Below, piece after piece: positions 22,151-35,200 of a stretch of DNA of 64,000 nucleotides (position 1 is the first letter of the stretch; every line of letters starts with the position of its first letter). The translations under genes and the position numbers were made by a program. The notes under the pieces were generated by a model. It was not told where the DNA came from and made no database searches. It saw nothing but the letters and a program-made list of their open reading frames with translations. Source of the stretch: Felis catus (taxonomy: Eukaryota); contig NC_058370.1 of assembly GCF_018350175.1 (NCBI RefSeq), positions 134,292,001 through 134,356,000 of the forward strand, in the 5' to 3' direction.

Positions 22151-25100
22151 GCATCTGAAGACCCTGGGGCACCATCGAAGGGTTTTTGTCTCGTGAGTGA
22201 CGTGAACACCATAATCACCCCAGGAATGCCTCGTACGCTTAGGCCAGGAGAAGCTCTCTGTTGAGCCCAAGATCCATATACCACTAATATTTCAAGCTAT
22301 AATCATGTTTAAAGTGTGTCTGAGAAAATATCTTAAATCCTAAAAAGCATCCCTCCCTTCTCTCCATTGCCATATTTTTGGATTCTGAAATCAACAAATG
22401 CAGAATCTGACCACTTTCCAAAGCAACGTGCCTTTGGACTGAGCACAAAATTACCGAGCAAAGCTTTATTTTTTTCCTCTCAAAAAGACACAATGCCCAG
22501 AAGACAAGGGAACCTTGGCTTTCGAAACCCGCGCTTCTTGGGGGTGGCTGACAAGCTCCACTGCGCACGGGCACGACCAGCTCTGGAAGGCCCCGCTCTG
22601 GTGACCTGCTCTCCGCACTTGCTGGCGGGAACAGCCGTGGGCAGAGCCGAGCAGGATTTGTTCTTTCAAAGACGGACGCCCCCTCCGCCGCCCCCCAGGG
22701 AGCAGAGCGGGAGGTGAGCCCTTGGGAAGCATCACGCCCCCAGGACCCTCTGGGGAAGGCCTCATTTCAGCGCAGCTCAGCACAGACGGCCTTTATCCTG
22801 CAGAGGAATGCTGGGCGCCCTCCTCGCTCCGGTCCTTAGCAGGGGAGATGCTGTGCATTCAGCAAATCGAGCTCCAAGAACGAGGGCCCTGGTCCCGCAG
22901 CCACGCAGGGCTCTGCTCGGCTGCGTCTCCTTTCTGGCCCTAGGGTTGGCACAACTGTCTGCCACCATCAGAAGGGGGGGGGGGATGGCATTTCAGGTGG
23001 GGCACCTCGCAGCACCCGGATGCCCACATTTGGACGTGACACGGGCGACCAGGTGCATTCGCAGGAAAACGCGTGCAGCTGCTGCACCCACATCAAAAGC
23101 GTGTGGTCCAAGCGTGGGAGTCCAGGGCGACGGGAGTGCTATTCCCGGCACAGGCACGGACTTCCTGATGCACAGCCTCCCTCTATCTCGGTTTCTCCAT
23201 CTCTAAAACGGGGCGAGGTCGAATTTTCCTGGTTCCACAAAACCTCGTGGGCAAGCCGCTTCCCTGGGAGGACCCGGGGCACCAGGGACACGCCAGACCC
23301 TGCAGTGTGCTCCCCGAGGTTTTCTGAGAATGTACCGGACACGGTCTGCACTGTGTTTCTTCGAGGAAGCGAGGCCATGAGAAGCTCCCTGGTTTCCAGG
23401 GCAAGCTTCTCGGTGGCTCTCCCAGCTCCGGCCTGGCGTCCGCACTGCCTTGCAAGGGCGGCTCCCGACCATCAGCCTCACTCTGCCTCTGAGGTGAACG
23501 TGCTCGCAGCCCAGAGCAACTTCAAGTTCCCCAGTGAGGTGGGCCCCTTTCCAAGTACCGGGGCCTCTGCAAATGCTCCTCCCTCTGTGCACTGTCCTCC
23601 CTTCTAGTCGACTCGGCAGACTCCTCTTCATCCTTCAGAACCCAGCTCCTTTCCATGCCCTCTGGGAAGTCTTCTCCGGGCCCTGCTACTCCCTCCACCC
23701 TCAGGCTCAGCAAATGGGGGCCCCGGAAGCCTGCTCCCCGCCCCCACCCCCAGGCCGGGCTGGCCGGAGCCCTGCCCCCTTCGGGACTCCTGCCCCCTAC
23801 AAGGGGGCCTGGAAGTCTGGGGTAGCCCAGGGCCTGTTCTTGGGAGGGGCTGGTGCCCGTGGGGGCCCCTCTCTGTCATTCAGCACAAATCCACGTGGGG
23901 TCCTTGTTTGCCAGAAGCAAGGGGAGGGCGGAGGGCCACCGGGTGCCAAGGATCCTCCTGCCCTCAGGAGGAAGAGGTGGCCGTGAGAAAGGCTGGCCCG
24001 ACTGCACAGGAGATAAAGCCTGGGAAGGGAGGTGCTGGCAGCCGGTCCCCTTCCTGCCCCAGGCTGACAGCTTGTGACATTCAGATAGCTCCCTGGGTCT
24101 GGTTTTTCCTGTTCCTGGAATTGCTGCAGCATGGCCGTTTCTCCGGGCTAGGTCAGAAGTGGCCGTTGTGTGTGTGTGTCTCAGTTCACGGAAACAGGAA
24201 ATTCGGGATTTGTACGGGCACCGAGTCCCACGCTGCCTTATTTCCTAGAAAGGACAGGGCTGATGGCCCCGAGCTGGACCCCCACTGAGGTCTGGGCTTG
24301 GAGGAAGGGGCTCCTGGGTCTGACCTGGCTTTGGCCCATGGCAGTGTCTGATCCCGGCGTGTCCTTTTTCTTCTCTGCTAGGATGAGGCCCAAAGCATTC
24401 GCCTGCCAGCCTGGAAGGTGCCTGTGTGGGTGCTGGGCTGGCTCAGTGAGGTCCTGGACTCTGCCTCTTGCCATGTCTCCAAGTTCTGGTGGCCTCTGTC
24501 CCGGGGAAGGCAGAGCTGATGGGTGACATGGGCCCAGAGTGAGGGCAAGGCTATGCTGGAAGGGAGGGGGGTTACTGTGGGCCAGGAGCGGCTGGACGGC
24601 CATGGAATCGGTGGCTGGGGGGCTCCTGGGATCTGTGAGGTGGCAGGTTCCAGACGGTTTAAGGCAGCAGGGCAGCTAGTGTCCTTCACAGTGGAGGACA
24701 CTGAGGCCACAGAAGTTGAGTGGCTGGCCCAGGGTCCCGTGGCTCTCAGCTGCTGACACCACCAGCCCCCACATGACGGTCTGAGACGTCCATGCTCTGA
24801 ATTCCTGGAGGCGCGTGTTCCTTCCCTCCTTGCTGAGGGAGCCTCCCCTCAGTGCAGGCCACGCGGGCCTCTCTGCGGGGGCATCTGGGCCAGAAGCCTC
24901 CAGTGTAAGCACAGGGGTCTGGCTTCTCAGGTCACCATGAGGGAGCCGGTCCTGTGGCCCCTCGGGGTAACGAGGTCGGGCTTCCCGGGCTCCGCAGAAC
25001 AGGTCATGGAGCTTGAACTCTTTTGACGTATCTCTGTCTCTATCTGCTAATCTTACTCTGCTCAGAAGAAACATGGTTTGGGTGTCCACGTACCCTCATG

Positions 25101-25594
25101 GGACGGGGAGGAGGCCTGGAGCAGCCCGGGGTGGGGGGGGGGGTGTCCTTGAGTCTGGGTTGTGGGTCCTGGGCCTCTCCCTGGAGTCTGTTTCTCCGGA
25201 GCTCCTGGGACCCAGACCTCAGACATCAGGTCTCCCCACAGGCCTTCCCTCTGGAGGCACCTCTGCCTGTGCCCCCCCTCAGTGCTCCTTGCTCCCGGGG
25301 TTGAGTGGGCGCCTCTGGGAGGGGAGCTGGGGCAGAGCCTGGGGCGGCCCGGGCCGGAACAGCTCACTCTGCACAGTCTCCCTGCGCCAATTTCCCCCTT
25401 AGCTTGTTCCACTTTTAAAAATAGCTAATGAGGAAATTAATTTTGTCACCCAGATGTATTCGGTAAAAACATGTCAGGGAGAGATAATTAACCTCTGCAC
25501 TGATAAATCCTTCCCAAATTAATGAAGTTAATATTTGTAGATATTGGGACATTCATTTGGGGAGAGGGTCCATGAAAGTAGGGGCCCCCCAGGC

Positions 25595-25985
25595 AGAGAA
25601 GGAGAAACAAAGGAAAGGGGGTAAGAGGGGGAGGGGGAGAGGGAGAGGAAGGGAGAGAAGGAGAGAGAGTAGGAGAGAGAGAGGNNNNNNNNNNNNNNNN
25701 NNNNNNNNNNNNNNNNNNNNNNNNNNNNNNNNNNNNNNNNNNNNNNNNNNNNNNNNNNNNNNNNNNNNNNNNNNNNNNNNNNNNNNNNNNNNNNNNNNNN
25801 NNNNNNNNNNNNNNNNNNNNNNNNNNNNNNNNNNNNGGGGGAAGGAGAGAGGGAGGGAGAGAAAAAAGAGGGAGAGAGGGAGGAGGGAGGGAGGGAGAGA
25901 GGGAGGAGGGAGGGAGAGGGAGGGAGAGAGGGGGAAGGACTGGCTGAGCAACCCAGAGGGAGGGAAGGGGAGGCGAGAGGGAGCT
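25595..25985. repeat. GA-rich polypurine low-complexity tract containing an assembly gap (N 25685-25836)
   Basis: Directly visible (GGGA/GA)n on both sides of 152 N. Confidence 0.92.
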
Positions 25986-28309
25986 TCTAGGGAGCAGGGG
26001 AGAATGTTAAACTTTCGAGGCATTCACCTGCTGTAGGCTCTGGGCAGGAGGAGGCTTGACAAAAGTGAGTCACAGAATGAAGGATTGGGATGTGTTTAAG
26101 ATAAGGAATGTTCAAGCCCACTCTGATGGGGTCTGCTCTCTGCTTAAGGGCTCTGGATTCTTCTTCTCATCCGAGGAGGCCTTGGGGAGCCCAGGCCCCG
26201 GGGAGTGGCTCACCAGCAGGAGGGGCCAGGCCGGGGGTGGGGGGTGGGAGGGCTGGCTGGTTCCCGAACGCCCATCCCATGTCTCCCTGGAGAGTTCCAG
26301 AACCCTGACTGGAGGCGCCCTCAGGTTGAACCTCCCACCCAGTGAGGACTCCTACTTCGCCTCCTGCCCCTTCACGTCCAGGAGTCAGGCTGCAGATGAC
26401 AACCCCTTAGAAGAGGTCAGCCTCTGCCTGAGTTAGACCTGTGCTTCCCAGGCTGGCGCTGGGGAGAAAGACAGCTGAGCTCACGTTAGCGAGCGGAACG
26501 GTCAGAGGGTGCAGGCAGGCCGGCTCCCCCGTGGGCAGCCCAGCCAGGCCCTGGGCGCTTGCCCCTGTGGAGATTTGGCCCCATCCGAGGAGCGCCAGCT
26601 TGGGAAGCAAACTGTGATGGGGCACTCGGGGAACTCAGATTGAAACGGAAACTTCTCGGGGGACTTCTGGCTTTGGAGACGTCCGCTAGAATGGCCGAGG
26701 GGCTGTGCGAGCTCTCGGGGTTCGGCCACCTCTAAGACTGAAGTTGGGCTGCTCCTGGGGTGCTGACCGGCAGGAGGCACCCGTGGAACCTGGCTGGCGT
26801 GTTTTCCCAGAGGGGGAGACCTGGCTGTCAGACGCCAGCCAGAGACGCTGCTCTGCTCTCCTGCATTAAAAGACCATGTCTTTATTCATTTCTCCCAAGT
26901 GCGTAAAATGCCAGCGAGACACAAGCATTCACCGTTTAATCCTGTCCAATGACCACTTCTGGGAAGGGGGTTCAGGACCGGGGTGGGGGGGTGGGGCCTG
27001 TATTGCCGTGGAGTTTCAGTCGGGAGGCAGAGAAGAAATGCGAGAGACACGTTCGACCGGGAGCCTGTCCAGAAAACCCAGAGGCAGCCACGATGACCAG
27101 CCAATGGGAGGTCCCCGAAGGCTTGGGCCGCCATTTTGGGAAACTGAAAGGCCCTTGGGCGAGAGCTAATGGTGTGGAGGCCGAGACCTGGAGGGACCTT
27201 GCAAAGGAGAGGCCTGCCCGCCTCTTCTACACTTGAAAAAGTGCCAGCGAAGCTAGTGTCATGGGCGCTACGGGCACAGACAGAAGACAACCAGATATGA
27301 GTTATCTCGAGTTGGATTTATGATGACCGGGTCCTCACTAATCTAATCTTCGCAGGCAGAGTGACAGGCTTGCAGATTGCAGGGAACCGATAGATGTTAC
27401 CTATCTTGAGTTCGGTTAGACTGTTGCTCTGCTCTGAGTGGCATACGTCCCCCTGCTCCCAACCAGGAAACAGGAGGGATATTTGTCCTGATCTCTGGGT
27501 CCCAAGTTGAGTAGGTCAGAGACGTCAAGGGCCCACCCGACTCAGACAGGGTCTCAGAGTGACCTCTCAGGGCCCAGATGGTGGCTAACACCGGGACGGA
27601 GGGCAGGACACCCGGCCGGTTTTGCAGAGGGCCCAGTGTGAGCGGGGAAGGCAGGGGGCCGGGCAGAGAGGCTCTAGATCCGTATGGACCATGGAGAACT
27701 GCGAGGTGGAGAGAAATAGAGCCGAGGTATAGGGATTAAGGGCAGAGCAGGGCTGGACGCACAGGGCGGAGGGCTCGCCTGGGCACCGCAGGGTCTGGGC
27801 CTGTTCACGGCAGGCTGTTTCCCAGCACTGAGCAGGACTGTGTACCGTCTCATTCTGTCTCATTCCAGGGAGAGGGGGAGCCCGGTGACGCCTGCCAACT
27901 TCCACAGCGGGCTCTCTCTGCCTCCCACCTGCCTCCCACCCCCAGACCACTGCCCCCAGAGATTAGTAAAGGCTGGAAAATTAGAAGCAGGAGGGAAGTT
28001 CGGGGGAAGCTGAGTCTGAGGGATGATGGTTACGTCTGCAGGAACACGAGGGTTTTTGCAGAATGGGTGTCGAGTGGGTGGTTCTCTGTCTTCTGCTCTG
28101 GGCAGAGCACAGGAAGCTGGCTCAGGCTGCTCGGGCCCAGGGCTGGGTTAGAGGTAAGGGGGGGGCGGGGGGGCGGGATTCGCCAGCGGGGTTGGCTCTG
28201 AGTTCATTAGCCATGGGAGCTCCCTGGAGGACATTCCTGGCGGTGGCTAGGCCCTGCCTTTCGACCCATCCCGTCTGTGACAGGTGCATCATGCTTCTGG
28301 GAGTCCCTC

Positions 28310-28670
28310 AGGCTTGAATTCCAACCCAGCTACCCAGCCAGCCCCAGTCTCAGTTTCCCCATCTGTGTATTAACACAACAGCTTTATTTTTTTTTTAATT
28401 TTTAACGTTTATTTGTTTTTGAGAGAGAGAGAGGGGGACAGAGTGAGTGGGGGAGGGGCAGAGAGAGAGGGAGACCCAGAACCCGAAGCAGGCTCCAGGC
28501 TCCGAGCTGCCAGCTCAGAGCCCGACGTGGGGCTCGAACCCACGAACCGTGAGATGATGACCTGAGCTGACATTGGACGCCCAACCGACCGAGCCACCCA
28601 GGCGCCCTGAACACGACAGCTTCCACCTCGTGGGGATGCCGTGAAGATTGGAGGGAATAACACATGTAAC
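28310..28670 (+). mobile_element. MIR split by a SINE insertion
   Basis: GTCTCAGTTTCCCCATCTGT before the SINE; CCACCTCGTGGGGATGCCGTGAAGATT after it. Confidence 0.68.
28385..28608 (-). mobile_element. Can-SINE (SINEC_Fc type)
   Basis: CCGAAGCAGGCTCCAGGCTCCGAGCTG...GAGCCACCCAGGCGCCC; TSD AACACAACAGCTT / AACACGACAGCTT. Confidence 0.95.
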
Positions 28671-29614
28671 ACATGGGTTTTTGGTTCCGAAAGACCACGT
28701 GCCCGCTGCTGCCCCAGTGACACACGAGTCTGCCAGCAAGTGCCCTGGGTCGGGATGAATTGAGTCTGTTTCCGGGAGCGCCCTGCTGCTCTTTGGCACT
28801 CACCCACTTTCCCGGCACCTTCCCGAGGCGCAGCAGACAGCACCCGTCTGCGTGAGTAACTAGGTGAGACCCCCTCGGTTATCTTACCCCCTCTTCTGAC
28901 CTTTCTCTGGGAGGTGAGGGGAAAGAATCCAGCAGAGCAAGGTCGCCGTCTGGGTTCGCTCCCTCCAGGATGCTGACTCAGGACGACTCTTATGGAGCAC
29001 CCGCCCCCCACCCCCACCCCAGGAAGGGAGGTTTCATATACCCCTGGCGGCTCCAGGCCTGGGCTATCCCTGCTGCCCCCAAATCCCTCTGCAGGGGCCC
29101 CTCCCTCTGGGCTGGGCCCAGCTGGCCTTAGGCGGCTCCGCTGACCCCCAAGCCCAGGCTTTGCTAGTGTTAGGGGTTAATTAGCAACCACGCAGGGCAG
29201 AAGGGTGGGTACAAAAGGGGAAAAAGTGGGGAAGTGGCAGAAGTTGAAGAAACCTCCCAGAGCTCTGTGAGCCGGGGATCTAGTTCCTGATTGCTTGTTG
29301 AGATAGTGCCTTCGGCTCCCCTTCCACCCTGCGGAGAGCAGGGGGCCACTGACTCAGCTCCTTCCTCAGGGGGTGACCATGGCCAGGGGTCAAGTGCATT
29401 TCCCAGCTGGCCTGGACTGGATGCCTCACACTCAGGGAGGTCAAGGGACGAGTGCCCTGCTGAAGTTCACAGGGTCAGCGGTGCACCCGGAGTGCGGGTT
29501 GGTGCCCGGAACTCGGCCCCGCTCGGGTCGAGGAACCTTGGCGAAAAGGTCTCAGTGGTCCAGACCTCCCGTGTCCTCACCTGTAAACCAGGTGCCATTA
29601 TAGCTCCCGGGCAC

Positions 29615-29830
29615 TTGTGTTGGTCACCGGGGCAGCCGTGACGACATAGCTCAGAGTGGCGTAGCTGGTAGAGACCCGTGATCTCCGGCTTCTGGGGGCT
29701 GGAAGTCACTATCAAGGTGTCAGCACGCTCCGTTTCTTCGGCGGCTGGGAGGGAGGCGCTCTCCCCTGGCTGCTGGGGGTCTGCTGAGCTCTCGTGTGCC
29801 AGGCTCTCCTCCAAGGCCTTTCCGTGTCCC
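29615..29830 (-). mobile_element. MLT1 (MaLR) LTR fragment
   Basis: TTCTGGGGGCTGGAAGTCACTATCAAGGTGTCAGCA, an antisense MLT1A-C motif. Confidence 0.55.
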
Positions 29831-31369
29831 CTCACAGCCGCTAAGGGCCCTGCGCCTGCCTCCCCCTGTTGGCTGCCAGCCCTTCCTTGGTGCTGACTAA
29901 GCTCCAGCCCCAAAGCCAGATGCCGATTCTCAGGCTGCGGGACGGAGTCCTGCCGCTCCCGCCCGGTTCTGCGTCCTCCCTGCCCCACCGCGGCCGGACC
30001 CGGATTCCCGAGGAGGGGCTTTCTTCTTGCTGAGCCTTAGGGACCAGGCAGGGACTGACGGGGGCTTCTTTTCCTCCGCTCTCTTTTGAATGAAAAAAAA
30101 AAAACCCGAATGTGTCGCCCAGTTTGCGTGCCTCTTGGAATTTGTCTCTGCGGCCGGCTGCTCATCTTACCGCCGTCCTGAGTTGCATTTAGTACCTGGG
30201 AAGGACGGCGGATGGATGTCCAGGGCTGGTGTGTGTTCAGCGCGGGGATTCCTCCCGGAGGCATCCAGAGCATTCCTCAGAGACTGCTGCTTTGTGGGGG
30301 AGGGGAGCCACCGGTCCACCAAGGAGATCATGGTCAGGGGCCAGGGGCTGAAGTGCACTTTGGTCTCTCCGTCGTCTTGGCCAGACGTACAACATCCTTT
30401 TCGGAACTGCTAGGGCTGACCTGACCCTGTCACTTGGAGCTGCCGGAGCCAAAGCGGAGGGCAGTTTCCCTTGGACGAGGAGGGTGGGCACACCCCGCAG
30501 GAGGGGTAAATTAGGCCCACTGGGCCCCTCCCTAGCCTCTCCCATCCCCCCCCCCCTTCTTTCTCTGTCCCTCCCTCCCTTCTTTCCTCTCCATAGCTGT
30601 CTGTGCCTCTTTTTATTTTTTTATTTTTAGCCCATTCTTTCAGCCTCTATCTGTCTCTGTTTCTCTATGTCCCTCAGTCTCTCTCACTGCCTGGCGTCTT
30701 CCGTGCATGTGTCTTCTGTGCTCCCAAGCCATATCTGTGTTCCTCTTCTCCACCCTGTCCTCGGGTGCAGAGATCCGTGTGGGACCCTGAGTGGGTGCCT
30801 TCCACCACGAGGGAGGGGACGCTGTGAGAGCTGTTTCCGTCCCACGGATGAAGGACAGCGGGAGCCCTCTGGAGAAATCCTTGTCCCCTACAGGCCCGGC
30901 CGCCAGGATTCGGCCCAGCATCTCAGAGAAGCCCGTGGCCCGCTGGGCACCGGACGCATGCCCTCTCCCACCACGCGGTTCTGTCTTTGAGTCTTTTAGT
31001 GGCGGAAGGGGAACAGATATCCTCCTTCCTTTTCCTTTTGAAGCAACTTGGATCTTGTTCTCGTGTGGAACAAATTAGTCTAAAAAATTGTTATGGTTTG
31101 AGTTTCAGCTGCGCTCGCCGTGTAAATATTTTAACCCAAATTATCAGAAGAATAACTACAGCCTGTGTCAGCGGGGCTCTGAAGGACGGCTCTGTTCTGT
31201 CTCCGGTGGCGGGTGCCCGCACCTTTCAGGTCGCCTTCCGAAGCCGCGCTTCCCCCTCCCTCTGCCGCCTCTGGTTTTCTTTCCCTTTTTCCACTTCCCC
31301 GATCTCAGTAAGACATAGCCTCGGCTTGCTGGCTTGCTTTTTTTTTTTTTTTTTTTGCCAGGAGGCAGC

Positions 31370-31560
31370 AACATCCATCCATCAAAATCTGCACAGGCCA
31401 GACCTCGTGCCAGGACTTTATCCACACTCCTTCCACGGAGAGCTCATAACTCCCCAGGGAGATAGATAGGCTTTGCTTGTTCCCATTTTACAGATGACCG
31501 AAAGGAGACTTGAGGAGCTACCCAGTGACCCGTTGCGGGTCTCGCGGTCGGGGCAGGGCG
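31370..31560 (-). mobile_element. MIR fragment
   Basis: TGTTCCCATTTTACAGATGA. Confidence 0.65.
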
Positions 31561-32391
31561 GCCGGGGCCCACGCACGATCGTGGGAGGTCGGAGCAGCTG
31601 GCGGCAGACAGAAGGGCTGGGGGGAATGTGTGGACGTGCGTGGACGTGCACACGCGTGTGCAGCGCGTGCGGGCGTGCACGGGAACACACGTGTGCATAC
31701 CTCTAACGCGCCGGGGTGCGGGTGCCTGTGCCTGCGGTGCCTGGGCTGGCCTGGGTCGCAGTGAGCCACACGGTGGCTGGCGATGTCGCAGGAGCCGGTA
31801 CTGGGACCAAGTACGGAGCGCCAAGGACACGGTGCTGAGTCTGACCGCTGTCCTGCAGGACGTGGGGAGACACAGCTTTCAGTGGGAAAGTGCGTGGTCA
31901 GGAGTGTGTTTTGGAAGGCTCACCCCGAGAGCAGTTTGGAGGGTGGACTTGGGGGCAGTAGAGAGAGGGGAGGTGAGGAGGCCAGAGCACAATGCCTGGA
32001 GAAAGCCAGTGACGCTTGGTGGGGGCAGGTGGCCATACGGGGGGACACGGCTACTCAGGACAAAGGAGGCCGAATTTCCAGGCCCAGCGAACGGGCTGGG
32101 CGAGTGCACACGGGGCTCCGGTCTGGCGGGCATGAATGTGTGTGCACTGAGACCCTTCCCCAGGATGGAAGGGATGGTATAGAGGGAGGAGAAGTGGGCT
32201 TGGGGGCAAAGGGGCTTTGAATGCAAGACTTTGAGGACCAGAGTCCCTAATTCTCTCCATTCTACGGTCCCAAATCTAGAGGAATGGGAATGAGCAACCC
32301 ATCCCTGGAGGTATTCAAGCCTAGTCAGATGGCCTCTTGGTGGGGGTTGTTCAGAGGGCCTTCCTGAAGGTCTGGTAGGGCAGGCGGAGGG

Positions 32392-32663
32392 TGTCTTAGT
32401 CAGCTTGGACCGCCCTCCAGAGCACAAATTGCTGAAGACCATGGGGTGTGACAGCAGAAATTCTCACAGTTCTAGAGGCTGGGAGTCCAGATCAAGGTCT
32501 GGCAGGGTCAGGTTCTGGTGAGAAGGTGACAAAGAGAGTGCTCCGGTCTCTTCTCCTAAGGCCATCCAAATTGCCTCTCCAAAGCCCTATCTTCAAATAC
32601 AGTGGCCCTGAAGGTGAGGGCTTCCGCGTGTGAACTCTGGGGGACACAGCTCAGCCTGTGGCA
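32392..32663 (-). mobile_element. MLT1A-like solo LTR with an internal deletion
   Basis: TGTCTTAGTCAGCTTGG...TCTCACAGTTCTAGAGGCTGGGAGTCCAGATCAAGG...GGGGACACAGCTCAGCCTGTGGCA. Confidence 0.8.
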
Positions 32664-33898
32664 GTCGATCAGCCCGCCTGGTCCCTCTGGCTCACCATGC
32701 TGTGGCCCTGCTCAGCCTGAGCCCCTGGTGGCTCAGAGGAGGGGGAGAGAGCCAGCAAGCGGCGGCATGGCCCTGACCTTGGTCATGGTCCTCGGGGCCT
32801 CGGGTGTGCGTGGAGAGTTGTGCTTCTCCGCGTCCCGTGGCTGCCGCTGGTGCATCTAATTCGTCCTGCCCTCCGGCTGACAGCTCTCAGCCCCTCTGAC
32901 TAAATGGCGGTTTCCCCCCAAGTGCTTCCCTCTGGCAAAGCTAAATATTAATTATCTCGCTTTATTTCGTGATTATTCATGGGCGCCAGCGTCACCCTGT
33001 GACCGAGTGAGAAGGCAGCACCGGGAGAGGTGAAAAAGTCGTGTGTCGTAGTGAACTGCCCAGCAGTCTTGGAACGCATCAGAGATGGTTCGTTGCCTGG
33101 GGATCCCGGGCCTGTTTGTTACCGGGCGGCCTCGGAGCCATGCCTGATGCACGGGCCGCCGTCTCGGGTGGCATTTCAGGGCCCCAGGGAAGAGACACAG
33201 TTTGCCCAGGCAGGAAGTGGGGGGTGGGGGCGGGGGGGGGGAGGCGCTCCGTTAGAACCGGGGCCGGAGACAGATGTCACCTGGAAGGGCCCTGTACGGT
33301 TCAGGAGCTAACAGGTGAAAACCACCCACGGGGCACCCAGGACACTGCTGGTAACACGCCGGCCCTGGAGGAGAAGATACGGCCCACTTAGCATGCTGTG
33401 CTAAGTCTAAAACCGGACACGTGGCAGGAACCAGCCCCAGGGGGTGTGAATCTGGGTATACTGGCGTGTGTGTGTGGGGAACATTTGGCACACCGGGGTG
33501 ATGGGGAGTAAGGGGAATGGTGAGCTGTGACGAAAGATCCATTTCTTCGTATGACACGCCTTCTCGGCACGTGGAGTTCACCACACGTCCGCGCATCGAC
33601 TGAGACACAGCCGGCCCGGGTCCCGCCCCAGCCCTCAACTCTGGGCGTGCGGTCCCTCCGAAGGCCACTGGTGTGGAGGTTGCCAGCATACAGCCCAGAG
33701 CCCCCAGCATGGCGGGTGGAGAATGCGTCAGAACATTCTGATCATCTCCTAGTGACAGAGGTCCTGAGGTTGTCTTAATTAGAATGGTATATAAATAATG
33801 TCTAGTTAGGCACCGTCCCACCTTTTCGAGACTTGTCATAGATTCAGATGGGAAACCTTTCAGCTTCTCTGTGGTGAGCCTTAAAATTCTCCATTAGT

Positions 33899-33900
<2 letters not shown>

Positions 33901-33933
<33 letters not shown>
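33901..33933. repeat. (CT)n microsatellite
   Basis: Directly visible. Confidence 0.95.
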
Positions 33934-33936
<3 letters not shown>

Positions 33937-35099
33937 CCTCCTAGCAAGTGACAGGGCAGACCACCTGCTCACCTTCCACATATGCTCAGCCTGTGTGCTG
34001 GCCTGCCTTGGCCCATCTGCCATACAGAGGGAGAGGCAGAGGGAGGGAGCCCAGGGGGAGACGGGAAGGGTTTGGAGAGGGCCACACTGCCCCTTTCGCC
34101 CATGGGGACCCTCCTCTTCCAGGAGACAGTGTCATTGAGGATGGAAGGCTCACAGTAGGCTCCGGGACACCTGACCTCCTGCCTTGGCCCGGCTTCCCTT
34201 GCCAGGCTCCCCTGTGAATGCCCCGTGTCTCTCTGACCCTTGGTTTCTTCATCTGCGAAATGGAGCTGGTTTTTGAGCGGAGGTCAAAGAGGGAGGGGAA
34301 ATAGCACAATGGTTCTTAAACAGAGTGTCTAGGAATCTCAATTTTCAAGATGGAGGGGAGGGTTTTGCTGCTAAAACCTAATAGTAATATCTCCCCCCGG
34401 GTCATAGATGGAGTGACACAGCGCCCAGCGGCAGCGTTGGGACCCCATCTCATGGACTTGCAGGAGACTCGGCCCGTCTCAGGCATCTCTGAGTACTCTG
34501 CTCACGCCTGCTCACCTCCAGCCAGGTTGCCACATTGGGCCTTTCCCCCTGGGCCCTCGGACCAGCTGGTCGCAGCATGCGTCGGCCCCACCCTTTCTGC
34601 CCCGCTCCAACAGTGACAGAGCCCTCCCCGTGTCCCCCAAGCTGCCATGTTCACCTGACCTCACCGACGCCGATGAGAGGGCGAGGCCAGAACCCGGCTC
34701 TGCTTCTGCTCACGTTCCTGGTCTGAGGCCAGCCTTTGGTCTCCTCACCCCCTCTTCCTCCTCGCTCGTGCGGCTGGGGCAGGTCTCCTTCCTCCAGACC
34801 GAGTGTCCCCTCCCCTCTTGCTCCTCCTCCTGCCCCTGCCTTTGAGACTCGAAGATGGGCCTCAACACGGCGCTCTAAAGAATCTGCATTTGGGGTATTT
34901 TACCGTTTAGGGCTTCCCCCAAATAACGGGGAAACACTCACCTCGCATCTGCATGAATGAAAGGCCAATCTAAGAGAAAGTCAGGGTTCTTTCTGAACAT
35001 CAAACGGATGCAGTCACCAGAACGGACAGACTGCCTGGAAACCCAGTCGCCTCCTTTGTGTCAGGTCTTCTCACACAGACCAGGACATCCTGTTTGAAG

Positions 35100-35200
35100 T
35101 TTCTCTTTCATAAAGATTTTAAATTGCGGCAAAATACTCAAAATAGCAAAATTCACCATCTTAACTATTTTTAAGGTGTGCAGGTCAGTGGAATTAAGTT
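35100..35200 (-). mobile_element. L1MB-like 3' terminus
   Basis: AAAATTCACCATCTTAACTATTTTTAAGGTGTGCAGGTCAGTGGAATTAAGT. Confidence 0.7.

Noticed and set aside
25553-26036. ORFs spanning N runs (also 59452-60043)
   Set aside because: Artefacts of assembly gaps and low-complexity flanks.
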